Notes: generated by a model not told the origin, from the sequence alone. Positions 43,891 to 57,614 are shown, counted from the whole stretch's first letter. The stretch is DNA of 61,040 nucleotides, filler included, from Callorhinchus milii (GCF_018977255.1; 2 parts of 2 records of this genome joined end to end with filler, not necessarily neighbours in it); one strand, 5' to 3'. Numbers and translations: made by a program.

Positions 43891-44511
43891 TGTGCAGCGT
43901 TTTCAAACATCTTGAAGACTTGATCAGTCGCTGTGTCGAATGCAAGAATTGTTATTATTATTATTATTATTATTGGCGATTTCATCAGAGTAGTCTTCAA
44001 ACAGGGGGACCAAATTATTATTATTTTTTTAAGGGATTATTACCCCCCGGAAAAGCGAGCCGCCAATCAAATCAACTAACAAGCAGGTCCCTACTTACCG
44101 CTGGTAAACAGAGATGTGTGTGTGTGTGTGTGATGTAAGGACATTTAGCCCGACCTGCCCGGGAATCGAACCCGGCTCCTCTCGCTAGCGAGGCGAGGGT
44201 CTAACCACTGCAGGAATTCCTATTATTCTTATTTTTTTGAAGGAAACCAACTCAAAGGCAGTCAACGGTAAGACATTTATTCATAAGTTCAAAGCAGCAA
44301 CCAAAAAACAAAGCTTAAAAGCAAGCTGTGTCAGGAGCCTCTGCGAGAATCGCTTTGGATAAAGGTTTCTTGCTTTTTGGGGAGAAAAAATAAGAACATA
44401 AGAATTTGCTGACAAAGAAAACCGAGGTCCATCTGGTTCACCTTCCACCATCCTGGCAGTCGCTTGACATCTTGTGTCCCAAAGTACTCCAGGGCACTCG
44501 GTGGGTCCACA

Positions 44512-44716
44512 GGGTCCCGGGGCACTCACGGCTGATGGCAGCCCATCCCGGCCCGGCTCATCGGCAGGACCTGGAAGGGCCGACCAGTCACTGGGGGCGG
44601 GGAATCCTCCCCCTCAGTCCCTGTTAACCCCACAGCCAAAGCACTAACTAACTAACTAACTAACGGGGAGGGGGGTCCGAGCGGGACACGCAGCGGGAAA
44701 GCTCGGCCAGACAGCG

Positions 44717-44747
<31 letters not shown>

Positions 44748-44910
44748 GCTGAGCTGTGTGTGGGTTTAGTTGGTTAGACCCCAACAGTTACCCCAACGCA
44801 CACTCTGGGCTCTCCCCCCACCCCACCCAAAGCCTTGGCTCTCGCCAACCTGCGCCTAATACTCTCCGGAATTAGGTAAACAGGGGGCGTCCCTCCAGGG
44901 AGAGAGAGAG
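44512..44910 (+). repeat. Unclassified ~400-bp interspersed repeat
   Basis: Further copies at ~47120-47340 (minus), ~50972-51213, ~56709-57090 and ~57155-57225 (minus). Contains (CTAA)n and (CT)n blocks between GC-rich hairpin segments. Confidence 0.75.
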
Positions 44911-47152
44911 AGTTATTTTACAATCACAAAACCTCAATAGGCCATATTATTAATAATAATAATAATAATAATCCACGCATTTGATACAGAGCCTCAGAAC
45001 TTGAGTCGTCTCAAAGCGCTTCACAGGATTCACTGTAAAGTGTAGTGACTGTGTATTTTGGGAGGATGAAACACGGCCAAGTGTGCCCAGCGACGTCCCC
45101 ACAAACAGTCGTGGACTGAGTGACTGATTTTATCTGTGGGGGAGAATTTGTCGGCCAGGACACCGAGAGAGAGAGAGAGAGAGAGACTCTCCCCTTTCCC
45201 CCCAACAATAGCGCTGTGGGAGATCTTTAACGTCCGCCTGAACAGGGTACAGACGGGGGGAGAGAGGGAGAGAGAAAGCCTCCCCGCAGCTCTGCCCCAG
45301 AGCATCAGCTTAGATCAGCCTCTCTGCTCTGCGCTGCTCTGTCTCCGTCCCTCTCTCTCCCGCGGAGTGTGATTTACGGCTGTTTCTAACCGTTTTAGTG
45401 AGAGAGGATGTCATTTGACCGAACACTGTAACACAGTGTGTGTCCCTCACCCCCACCCCAACCGCGCCCCCCCCCCCCGCCCCCACCCCACACGCACACA
45501 CACAGTGAGAATCCATCTCACATCAAACACCCACACACCTCGGTCCCATCGCTCAACCCCACGAATACCTCCTCCCACCCTTTATCTCACCATCCCTCCC
45601 TCTCTCTCTCTCCCCCCCCCCTCCCTCTCTCTCTCCCCCACCCCCTCTCTCTCTCTCTCTCTCCCCCCCCCCTCTCTCTCTCTCTCTCCCCCACCCCTTC
45701 TCTCTCTCTCTCCCCCTCCCTCTCTCTCTCTCTCTTGCCCTCGCTCTCTCGCTCGCTCGCTCTCTCCAAAGCAAGGCTGTGCCAGTGAAATGTTTCTCCT
45801 GACGCAGGAAGATAATGAGGCTCTGTGTCTGTCTGTTTCAGATCGTTCTGCGTTTAAACAGCCGCTCGCAATGTTGTCTGACACTTTGCGCAATTCCTGC
45901 CACAGTCTTTCTCTCTGCATTAAACACTCAAAATATCCTCGCATCTCACTCTCTCTCTCTCTCTCTCTCTCTCGTGTCTCTGAGTTAGGAGTTTGTTGGG
46001 GTTCGAACCCCAACGCACACACCACACTTGTCGGGTTCTCTGAGCTCACGGACCAGGAGCTGTCGGAGGGGTGGGGAGGGGTGGGGGGAAAGAGAAGGGA
46101 GTCTCTCCCTCTCTCTCTCTCGGCCGACAATCCACTAGGGGTTGGGATCAGGAGGGGGCGGAGGGCAGGGAGGGTGAGGGTGGCAGCGGGCGGGGGAGGG
46201 GGCGAGGGACGAGGTGAGGGAGGGGGCGAGGGAGGGGGAGAGGGAGGGGGTGAGGGAGGGGGCGAGGGAAGGGGCGAGGCGGAGTGACTGTGGGATGGAG
46301 TTTCCAAGTCCTGACATGGGGCTTAAACCCACAACCTTCTGACTCAGAGGCGAGAGAGAGAGAGAGCGACTGATGCCCAATTGCCCCATTTGCTCCACCG
46401 CTGTACGGTCACTTCAACAATACGGTCACTTCAACCCACGACTGTTTGTGGGGGACGTCGCCGGGCGTTTCGCCCACGAAACACACACACACACACACAC
46501 AGTCACTGCACTTACGGCGTATCCTGCGAAGCGCTTTGAGACGTCTCGAAGACGTCTGCGCCGAATGCGAGGATTATTCTATTGCTGTATAACCTTCTGA
46601 CTCAAGAGCTGAGCGCGTGAGTGACTGAGCCACCGCTGGCACACAGCATTGGTGCAGTTAGGATGGGGTGGGGGGGGGGTGCGGTTGTCGGTTGGGGAGG
46701 GAGAGAGAGAGAGAGAGGGGGAGTTGTTGGGGGGGGAAGCGTCTGAAAGCTCATCAGTGTTTGAGTCTGGCTACAGACCTGGACTGGAGCCAAACTCCTG
46801 TCGATGGCTTCACAAGATCTTTTCGTTTGCCCTTCGTTCCCCTTTACAGTCGGGCGGCAGTTAATGGAGATGAGCAATACATCGGAAACCCTTTCATCAG
46901 TCCGTGTCTCCCTCATTCTCTCATCTCACATAACGCCCACAGCTATTCCCACCATCTTGACGCCCGAATTTATTCCCTCGTCTACGGACCCAATAATACT
47001 GCATTATAATAATTATAATAATAATAATAATCATAATCCTGGCATTTGACCAACGCCTTATCACGTCGTCTCAAAGCGCTTCTCAGAATGTGGTGTAGAA
47101 TGGATTGAGTGTGTTTTGTCCAACCGACTAAACCCACACACAGCTCAGCCCT

Positions 47153-47196
<44 letters not shown>

Positions 47197-49040
47197 CTGT
47201 CTGGCCAAGCTTTCCGCTGCTTGTCCCGCTCGGACCCCCCTCCCCGTTAGTTAGTTAGTTTGGCTTTGGCTGTGGGGTTAACAGGGGCTGAGGGGGAGGA
47301 TTCCCGGCCCCCAGTGACTGGTCAACCCTTCCAGGTCCCCCTCACAGAGAAACATAGACACCCGACTGACCTCCCAGTCATCTCAAGACCCTTCTCTTCG
47401 ACCAACTGCGCCTTCAGTCAACCCCCTACCCCCTCCCTCCCTCCCTCCCTCCACCCCCTCCTGATCCCAACCCCCAGCTCAGATCCACATCCCTGACTGT
47501 CCAGCGCCTCGGGACGTCCTCCTGACGTGAGAATGTCATGCGTTGTTGTCGTTGTCCCTCGCGCTCTGTGAAATATTATAATAATTAATAATTCACAGCT
47601 CAGGGGTTAGACCCCTCACAACCCAGAGGACCCGGGTTCAATTCCCGCGCGGGTCAGGTCAGGGCGAAACCTTACACCCCCCAACCCCCCCCCCCTCCAC
47701 CCCCCACACGCACACACATACACACACACGCACACACGCGCCTGTGTTCCCCGGCAGTCAGTGGGAACCCGGCTGTTAGTCGATTGGGGATCACTTTCCG
47801 GGGGAATAATCCCTTCAAAACAATAAAAAATTTTGGTCACACAACCCACGGCTGTCTGTGGGGACGTCTCTGGGCGCAATCGGCTGTCGCGTTTCGTCCA
47901 CAAAACACACAGTCACTACACTTTACGGTGTATCCTATGAAGCGCTTTGAGACTTCTCAACGACCTGATCAGACGCCGGGTCAAATGCCGGAATTATTAT
48001 TATTATTATTATTGTTGTGTACAGTATCTCTCACGTAGCAAAGACGCCTTAACGAACGACATTAATTAGAGAGAGGGAAGAAAGGACAGTCACACACACA
48101 GACACAGACACCCACAGAAACACACACAGACACAGACACACGTACACACAGACACCCACAGAAACACACACACAGACACACGTACACACAGACACCCACA
48201 GAAACACACACAGACACCCACAGAAACACACACCCACACACACAGACACCTAAACACAGACACAAACACACACAGTCACCAAAAGAAATACACACACAGA
48301 CACACATACACAAAGATACACACACACACAGACACGGAGAGAGAGACACACACACACACACACACACACACAGGATGTCAGTGAAGCTCAGGTTATATTC
48401 TCTCTGTCTATGATTTTGCCGCAAACTGCTCTCACTGTCTCCCCCCCTCCAGACTGCGTCTCCTTCTGCACTGTGTCTGTGTGTCTATGTATGTCTGTCT
48501 GTGTGTGTCTGTGTGTATGTATCTGTGTGTGTGTCTGTGTGTGTCTCTGTCTGTGTATGTGTGAATGTCTGTGTGTCTATGTATGTGTGTCTGTGTGTGT
48601 GTCTGTGTGTGTGTCTGTGTGTGTATGTGTCTGTGTGTGTCTGTGTTTATGTGTGTCTGTGTTTGTGTGTGAGTATCTGTGTGTGTGTGTGTGTGTCTGT
48701 GTCTGTCTGTGTGTGGGAGATGTTCCTGGTGTCTGTGTCCTTGTGTATGTGTCTGTGTGTGAGTATCTGTGTGTGTGTGTGTGTGTGTGTGTCTGTGTCT
48801 GTCTGTGTGTGTCTGTCTGTGTGTGGGAGATGTTCCTGGTGTCTGTGTCCTTGTGTATGTGTCTGTGTGTGAGTATCTGTGTGTGAGTATCTGTGTGTGT
48901 GTGTGTGTCTGTGTCTGTCTGTGTGTGTCTGTCTGTGTGTGGGAGATGTTCCTGGTGTCTGTGTGTGTGGGTTTAGCTTCGGGCAGTTTGTTAATGCGAT
49001 AAATCAGAGCCTTTCACTGGGTCTGAGCAATGATCAGAGA

Positions 49041-49073
<33 letters not shown>

Positions 49074-49687
49074 GGGGAGAGAGAGAGAGAGAGAGGGAGA
49101 GAGAGGGGGAAGGAGAGTAGGGCAGAGAGAGAGGGAAGGCGAGAGGGAGAGGGGGTGAGAAGGGGAGTGGGCGAGGAAGAGACGATAGGGAGAGAAGGAA
49201 AAGGAGAGAGCGAGAGAGAGAGAGACCGTCACTGGTTCACGTTTCCCTGCAGTCTTGTTACTGAAGAATATACGGCGACAGTAACCCTGTCCAGGTCCCC
49301 CCCCCACCCCATCCCGTCCCCCTCCTCTCTCTCCTCCCCGTCCCCCCCTCTCCCCCCTCCTCCCCTCTCTTTCTCCCCCCTCCCCCCACACAATGGCAGA
49401 GACAAACAGAGCGATGCTGTGTCTCTCTCTCTCTCTCTCTCTCTCACACGACAACACATCGTCTTCGAGTCGCCTGGAAAGTGCTTTGCGGGACCCGCGG
49501 CCGCGCGGAGTGACTGTGCGTGTTCTTTGGGGGTGGGGGCGAAACCCGGCGGCCGATGGCGCCCGACCACACGTCACAAGCCAACAGCCGGGGGGAGTGG
49601 GGGGGGGGGGGGGGGGCAGACGTGCTCTTATCTTCTCTTCGCTTGTGTGTTACAGAGTCTCGTTGCGATTGCTTCGTCGTCGCCCCA

Positions 49688-49831
49688 GTGCAGCCCGAGC
49701 CCCAGTGCAGCCCGAGCCCCGGTGCAGCCCGAGCCCCGGTGCAGCCCGAGCCCCGGTGCAGCCCGAGCCCCAGTGCAGCCCGAGCCCCGGTGCAGCCCGA
49801 GCCCCGGTGCAGCCCGAGCCCCAGTGCAGCC
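49688..49831 (+). repeat. 17-bp GC-rich minisatellite (8.5 copies) just upstream of the SNAP25-like ATG
   Basis: Unit GTGCAGCCCGAGCCCC(A/G). Confidence 0.92.
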
Positions 49832-49861
49832 AGTGGTGTGTGAGCCGGTGACGGGGCCGGG

Positions 49862-52800
49862 ATGAGTGTGGCCGTGAACGGGGAGATTCCTGTCCCCACA
49901 GAACAAGATGAACTGCAGCGATGCGCAGACCAGGTCACAGACGAGGTGAGAGTCTCGCGTGCACACACACACACACACGCACAGCGCAGCACACGCACGC
50001 ACAGCGCGCACACACTCGCGCACACGCACACATACCATACACGCCCACCATGCACACCGCACACACAGCATACACGCGGCGCGCGGGCGCACACCATACA
50101 CACACGCATACACCATTTGCACACGGCACACACTCATACGCACATCATACACACGCACCCTACGCACAAGCGTACGCCACACACACACACACCGCACACA
50201 CTCACCGCACACTCACCGCACACACACACAGTGACAGACACACATACTCAATCGCTCACACACACTCGCGCACGATCACACGCACCACGAGGGTCCGAGA
50301 CACGGGAGGGAGAGGGGGACGCAAGAGTCCGAGCCACGAGCACCTCCCCCCACAAAACACACAGTCACTACACTTGACGTGAAAACGGGGGGAAAGTGCA
50401 AATTGTTGTTGATGCGTTTGATTAAATAGGTCGGCTCAAAAGAAACTAACGTCTCGATTTATTTTCCTCCCCCTCTCTCTCTCTCTCTCTCCTCCTCTCC
50501 CTTTTCCCCCTCTTCTACACCCTTTCTCTCTCTCCCTCTCCTTCTTACCCCTCATTCTCGCTCTCACTCTCCCTATCTCTCTCCCCCCACGTCTCTCTCT
50601 CTCTCTCTCTCTCTCCCCTCCAGTCTCTCGAGAGCACAAGGCGTATGCTACAGCTTATGGATGAGGTGAGTTAATGTCAACCTGTGTGGCTCAGACCCTC
50701 TCTCTCTCTCTCTCTCTCTCGTCTCCTGTGTGTGTGTCTGTGTGAGTGTGAAACCAGTGAAGGGGAATGTGGGGGGGATTTGGGGGAAGGGGAATGTGGG
50801 GGTGATTTGGGGGAAGGGGTAACGACATGTGGGGAATTGTGGCTTCCCCATTCCCCGCTCCTCACCCTTTCCTTCCTGTTTTCCCGAACAGAGCAAAGAT
50901 GCCGGGATCCGAACTCTGGTCATGTTGGATGAACAAGGAGGTGAGCGGATTCGGGGGGAAATATTCCTGGTTCATCGGCAGGACCTGGAAGGGCCGACCA
51001 GTCACTGGGGGCGGGGAATCCTCCCCCTCAGCCCCCGTTAACCCCACAGCCAAAGCTCCGACTAACTAACGGGGAGGGGGGTCCGAGCGGGACACGCAGC
51101 GGGAAAGCTCGGCCAGACAGCGCTCCCTCTCTCTCTCTCTCTCTCTCTCGATGGCTGAGCTGTGTGTGGGTTTAGTTGGTTAGACCCCAACAGTTACCCC
51201 AACACACACTCTGTGTGTGAATGTGTGTATATATAGGGGGGGCTGTGTATGTGTGTGTGGTGGTGGGGGGAGGTGAAAGAAACTGGTCCGAGGGCCGGAT
51301 GCGGCCCGTGGGCCGCCAGTTGGACCACCTGATGTAATAGGATGGAGAACACGCTGAATGGACTGGATGGCCCCTGTTTCCAGCTACCAAAATATACATT
51401 CCCCCTCTTTTCCTCCCTCTTCCTTCCCTATCCCTCTCTCCCTTCCTTTCCTCTCTTCTCTCCCTCCCTGCAGGGGCAGAAGTGTGTGTGTGTATGGGGG
51501 GGGGGATAGTGTTGGGGGGTGTGTTTGAGCGTCTCTCATTGCCCCAATTTTCCCCCTAAATGCCCCCTGATATGGGGGTGAGGGGCCTGAGGAATATTGA
51601 CCGGACATCGTCTCTGTGTCTCAGAGCAACTGGAGAGGATCGAGGAGGGAATGGACCAGATCAACAAGGACATGAAGGAAGCTGAGAAAAATCTGTCGGA
51701 CATGGGAAAGTGCTGTGGCCTGTGCTCCTGTCCCTGTAGCAAGTAGGTCTGTGTGTGTGTGGGGGGGGGGCCATGTGTGTGTCCGCGTGTGTGGGGGGGC
51801 GTGCGTGTGTGTGGGTGTCTGTGGGGAGGGCTGGTGTTGGTCTGTGCTGTTATTATTCGCATTATTATCTAACTCGTCGTTAATATCGCAATCAATATCA
51901 TCACTCCACGGCTGTTTGTGGGGACGTCGCTGAGCGCAATTCGCTGCCGTGTTTTGCCTTGGGGCATCCCCCCCGACGTGAAAAGCGAACAGTCACCACA
52001 CTTTACAGTGTGTCCTGTGAAGCGCTTTGAGACGTCTCGACGACGTGATCAGGCGCCGGGTCAAATGCCGGGATTATTACTGTTATTAATATCATGATTA
52101 ATATTATTATTACTGTATTATTAATATTAATCTTACTGATGGGGGGGGTTGATGGTGATGATGATGGAGGAGGAGGAGGAGGAGGAGGAGGAGGAGGAGG
52201 AAGGTGACTGACGCTGTCTCTGTTTGGCCGCAGGTTAAAGAACTTTGAGGCCGGGGGAGCGTACAAGAAAGTTTGGGGCAACAATCAGGATGGGGTGGTT
52301 TCCAGCCAACCCGCACGGGTGGTCGATGATCGAGAGCAGATGGCAATGAGCGGTGGTCACATCCGACGGTGTGTGTCTGTGTCTGTGTGTGTCTGTGTGT
52401 CTGTATGTATCTCTGTGTGTGTCTGTGTGTGTGTACGTATGTGTGTGGCGTCAACCTGTCCCTCCCCTCTGGCTCTGTTCCCATTCCCTTAAAAACTGCC
52501 ACCATCACTCCCACCTTGAAAAACCCCTCCCTTGATGCGTCGCAGCTATCAATCTCCGGCCCATCTCCAACCTCCCCTTCCTGCCCAAGGTCCTGGAACG
52601 AGTTGTGGCCTCCCAGCTGCGCTCTTTCCTCTCCACCCATTCATTACTTGAACCCCTTCAGTCGGGTTTCGGCGCTGCCCATAGCACAGAAACTGCCCTG
52701 GTCAAGGTCACCAATGATATCCTGACCATCTGTGACCAGGGCTCCCTCTGCCTCCTCGTCCTCCTCGACCTATCGGCAGCATTCGATACGGTCGACCACT

Positions 52801-55582
52801 CTATCCTCCTCCACCGCTTGTCCTCCCACCTCAACCTTCAAGGCCCTGTCCTTGAGTGGTTTAGGTCGTACCTCTCCCACCGTCTTCACTTTGTTTCCAC
52901 AATGGCTCCCACCGTCTTCACTTGTTCCACGAATGGTTTCTCCTCCACCCCCCGCACTGTCTCGTGCGCTGTCCCTCAGGGCTCTGTCCTCGGTCCCCTC
53001 CTCTTCACCCTCTATATGCTCCCCCTGTGGTGACATCATCCGCAGACATGGGGTTAACTCCCACATGTATGCGGATGACACCCAACTCTACCTTTCCTCC
53101 TCTACCCTCAACTCCACGACCCCGATGTCCTGACAGCTGTATGTCCGACATCGAGTCCTGGACGAGAGACAACTTTCTTCAGCTCAACGTGCGCAAAACT
53201 GAGGCCCTCCTGATTGGCTCACGTCAGCGCCTCCGCACCTCAGGCGCTGACAGCATCAGCTCCGCACTCTCCACCTCTCAAAGCCATCAGGAACCTCGGG
53301 GTTCCCCTCGACCCTGAGCTGTCCTTTCTCCCTCATATCCGCACAACTGGCACCGCCTTCCATCACCTCCGGAACATCACCAGACCACGGCACTACCTCA
53401 CCCCTCACACGGCTGAAACTCTGGTCCACACCTTTATCACCTCAAGGCTGGACTACGGGAACCCTCTCCTCGTCGGCCTTCCCGGCCCTCCCTCCACACT
53501 GCAGGTCATTCAGAACTCTGCAGCTCGTGTACTGTCCCGCACCAGACACTGAGACCACATCACTCCCACCCTCGCCCTCACCCTCGCCCTCACTCCCACC
53601 CTCACCCTCGCCCTCGCTCGCCTCCACTGCTCCCCATCCCCCAGAGGATCGAACTCAAGATCCTCATCCTCACCTACAAGGCCATTCACAGCCTCGCTCC
53701 CTCCTACCTCTCTGACCTACTATCCCCCCACGTACTCCATCCCCAGTGCCTTCGCCGCTTCCTCCCTTTCCTCCTTCAAGGCCGGTCTCAAGACCTTTCT
53801 CTTTGACCTTCAGCCTTCAGCTCCGCTCTCGAGTCTCTACCCCCTCCTCGCTCCCTCCCTTCCCTCCCCTCACCCTGACCATTTCCCCCCTCCTCGACCC
53901 CTCCCTTCCCTCCCCTCCCCCTGACCATTTCCCCCCTCCTCGCCCCCTCCCTTCCCTCCCTTCACCCTGACCATCTCCCCCCCAATGCTCGGGTCCTGAC
54001 CCAACTGTACAGCGCCTTGGGACGTCCTCCCGACGTGAAAGGCGCTCTATAAATGGAATCTTCTTGTTGTTGTGTGTGTGCATCTGTCTGTGTATATGTA
54101 TCTGTGTGTGTGTCTGTGTGTCTGTATCTCTGTGTGTGTATGTCTGTGTGTGTGTATCTATCTGTGTGTGTGCGTCTGTGTGTGTGTATATGTATCTGTG
54201 TGTGTTATGTCTATGTGTGTATGTATGTGTGTGTGTGTGTGTGAGTGAGTGACCTCCCCCCCCCTCTCTCTCTCCCCGTCCTGTTTGCAGAGTGACAGAT
54301 GACACCCGGGAGAACGAGATGGAGGAGAACTTGGAGCAGGTTGGCAGCATCATCGGGAACCTGAGACACATGGCCCTGGACATGGGCAACGAGATCAGCT
54401 CCCAGAACGCCCAGATCGACAGGATCGCGACCAAGGTGAGACATCTCTGTAGCTCAGGGGTTAGACCCCTCGCCTCGCACCCCACAGCCCCTGTAGCTCA
54501 GGGGTTAGACCCCTCGCCTCGCACCCCACAGTCCCTGTAGCTCAGGGGTTAGACCCCTCGCCCCCCACCCCACAGCCCCTGTAGCTCAGGGGTTAGACCC
54601 CTCGCCTCGCACCCCACAGTCCCTGTAGCTCAGGGGTTAGACCCCTCGCCCCCACCCCACAGCCCCTGTAGCTCAGGGGTTAGACCCCTCGCCTCGCACC
54701 CCAACAGCCCCTGTAGCTCAGGGGTTAGACCCCTCGCCTCGCACCCCACAGTCCCTGTAGCTCAGGGGTTAGACCCCTCCCTCGCACCCCACAGCCCCTG
54801 TAGCTCAGGGGTTAGACCCCTCGCCTCGCACCCCACAGCCCCTGTAGCTCAGGGGTTAGACCCCTCGCCTCGCACCCCACAGCCCCTGTAGCTCAGGGGT
54901 TAGACCCCTCGCCTCGCACCCCAACAGCCCCTGTAGCTCAGGGGTTAGACCCCTCGCCTCGCACCCCACAGCCCCTGTAGCTCAGGGGTTAGACCCCTCG
55001 CCTCGCCAGCCAGAGAGAGGACACAGGTTCGATTCCTGGGCGGGTCAGGTCAGGGTGAAACGTTAGGCAAGTTTCCTTACTCCCCCCACAGACACACACA
55101 CACACACACAGACAGACAGACACACCCTGTCTTTCCCGGCAGTCAGTGGGAATCCACTTGTTAGTCAATTGGGGATCACTTTCCGGGGGGAATAATCCCT
55201 TCGAAACGATAATAATTCGGTCACTCAATCCACGGCTGTTTGTGGGGACGTCGCCGGGTGCGATCGGCTGCAGCCGTTTCGTCCACAAAATAGACAGTCA
55301 CTACACTTAACAGTGTATTTTGTGAAGCGCTTTGAGACGTGATAAGGCGCTGTATCAAATGCAAGGACACTGACACACAGAACACACACTCACACACACA
55401 CACACATAACACACTCACACACCCTCACCCCATACACCCTCACACACACACCCTCACACACACCCTCACACAAACTCGCTCGCTCGCTGACTCTCTCTCT
55501 CTCTCTCTCTCATCTGTTCCAGGGCGACATGAACAAAGTCCGCATCGATGAAGCTAACAAGCACGCCACCAAAATGCTGTGA
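49862..55582 (+). CDS. SNAP25: Synaptosomal-associated protein 25-like (Qbc-SNARE), 210 aa
   Basis: GT-AG exons 49862-49945, 50624-50665, 50892-50940, 51625-51742, 52234-52368, 54291-54435, 55523-55582 total 633 nt in frame. Translation includes [96 protein letters not shown] and RIDEAN. Family is certain; exact orthology is not. Confidence 0.93.
52455..53830 (+). mobile_element. L2 LINE RT fragment (frameshifted) in a SNAP25-like intron
   Basis: [45 protein letters not shown] and YADDTQLY motifs. Confidence 0.92.
54447..55005 (+). repeat. 43-bp tandem array (~13 copies) of a SINE head, followed by a full SINE (~55000-55365)
   Basis: Unit ctgtagctcaggggttagacccctcgcctcgcaccccacagcc. The last copy continues to ggttcgattcc and the SINE body. 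Confidence 0.88.
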
Positions 55583-57224
55583 GACCCTCACACACCCCTC
55601 GCTCAACCCTGACACCCCCTCTCACCGCCGCCCCTGCCCTGCCCTCCGCCCGGAGATCTCGCTCTCCCGCTCGCTACGATCACGAACCACGGCCCCCCCC
55701 CCCTCCCCCCCACTCCGCCCACCTGGCCCCCGGCCCCCGCCCTCCGCTTGTGAACAGTCGATATATTCGAAGCTTATTTATTTTTGATAAGATTTATCGA
55801 TTATTATTTTTGGGCCGTGACCGAGAGACGAGTTAAAGGCAAAGTCACGCCCTTCGCAAAGCGCATCGATTTCAAGCTCCTCGTTGACCCCAACCCGTCC
55901 CCGCACCTTTAACTCGGGCTTGTTGCATGTAACCCCATTTCCCCCAAAACCCCCCACCCCCCCACACACACATTCCCCCCCCACCCCCTCCTCCTCCCTC
56001 AGTGGGAGACATCTCGAGACGACCAAAAAAAGTGCTGTGTAAATGTTAAGTGGTTGTTGTTGTTCGTTCTGCTCGGCTCACCCCACCCTCAACCCACACC
56101 CCCGCACTCTCCCCCGTCCCCGCACCCCCCTCCCCAGTTACCCCCCACCCCACCCCCTACGTTGCATCTCGGAATCGCAAACGCGCGCGCGCGCACACAC
56201 ACACACAGTCACTACACCTCACGTCTGGGAAGCATTTCGAGATGTCTGGACGATTAAATGGAAAGAGAGAGAGAGAGAGAGAGAGAAAAATAAAGAACAA
56301 ACTAACAGAGAAAGAGAGAAAGAAAGAAAAAAAACACAGAGAAAGAGGCAGAGAGAGAAAAAGAGAGGAAGAGAGAGAGAGAGAGAGAGAACTAAAGAAC
56401 GGAAGAAAGAGAGAGAAAGAGGAGAAAAGAGGAAAAAAATCTGAGAGAAAGAGAGAGAAAAAAACAGAGAGAGAGATATGTGTTTGATTTTCAAAACTGA
56501 CCCCAGTAAAATGTCTTGAAAAAAACTACAACAAAGTCTTTGTGTTTCTTTCCAACAAGAAAATAATCTGAGGAAATCACTGACGATTCCCCCCCATTAC
56601 CCCCAACCACCCCATTAACCCCCTAACCCTCCGATCATCCCCCAACCGCACCCCCCACCCCCTCTGTGCCGGTCTCTCGTCCCGGTTCCTGAGCCGGGAG
56701 GGGCCGCGGGGTCCCGGGGCACTCACTGCTGATGGCAGCCCAGCCCGGCCCGGCTCATCGGCAGCACCTGGAAGGGCCGACCAGTCCCTGGGGGCCGGGA
56801 ATCCTCCCCCTCAGCTCCTGTTACCCCCACAGCCAAAGCCCCAACTAACTAACGGGGAGGGGGTTCCGAGCGGGACACGCAGCGGGAAAGCTCGGCCGGA
56901 CAGCGCTCTCTCTCTCTCTCTCGATGGCCGAGCTCTGTGTGGGTTGAGTTGGTTAGACCCCAACAATTACCCCAACGCACACTCTGGGCTCCCCCCCCCC
57001 CCACCCCCCACAAGCCTTGGCTCTCGCCCAACCTGCGCCTAATACTCTCTGGAATTAAGTAAGCCAGGGGCGTCCCTCAAGGGAGAGAGAGCGAGAGAGC
57101 GCATGCATGGGTTTCCCTGTGCGTCTGACCCCGACAGACGGGGGGGTGGGGGGGGGAGCCCAGAGTGTGCGTTGGGGTAACTGCTGGAGTCTAACCAACT
57201 AAACCCACACACAGCTCAGCCATC

Positions 57225-57257
<33 letters not shown>

Positions 57258-57614
57258 ACATTGTCAGAGACGCCGCCTTCGGATGAGACGTTAAACCTCA
57301 CTCACTCCCCGTCTGAGCCCTGTTCAGGCGGACGTTGAAGATCTCCCCCCACAGCGCTGTCAGGTGAGGTGGTGGGGGGTGGGTGGTGGTGAGGGGGGTG
57401 GGGGAGAGTTTCTCTCTCCCTGTGTCCTGGTCGACAAACCCCACAAATAAAATCGCTCGGTCACTTGACGACTGTTTGCGGGGTCGTCGGTGGGCGTATT
57501 TGGCTGCCGCGTTTCGCCCACAAAACACACACAGTCACTACACTTTTACAGCATGTCCTGTGAAGCGCTTTGAGAAGTCACGGCGACGTGATGAGGAACT
57601 GGGGTCGGATGCCA

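Noticed and set aside
54447..55005. CRISPR-like array (also 41983-42695, 30905-31062)
   Set aside because: Head-to-tail repeats without unique spacers, no cas genes, and a eukaryotic intronic or intergenic context.
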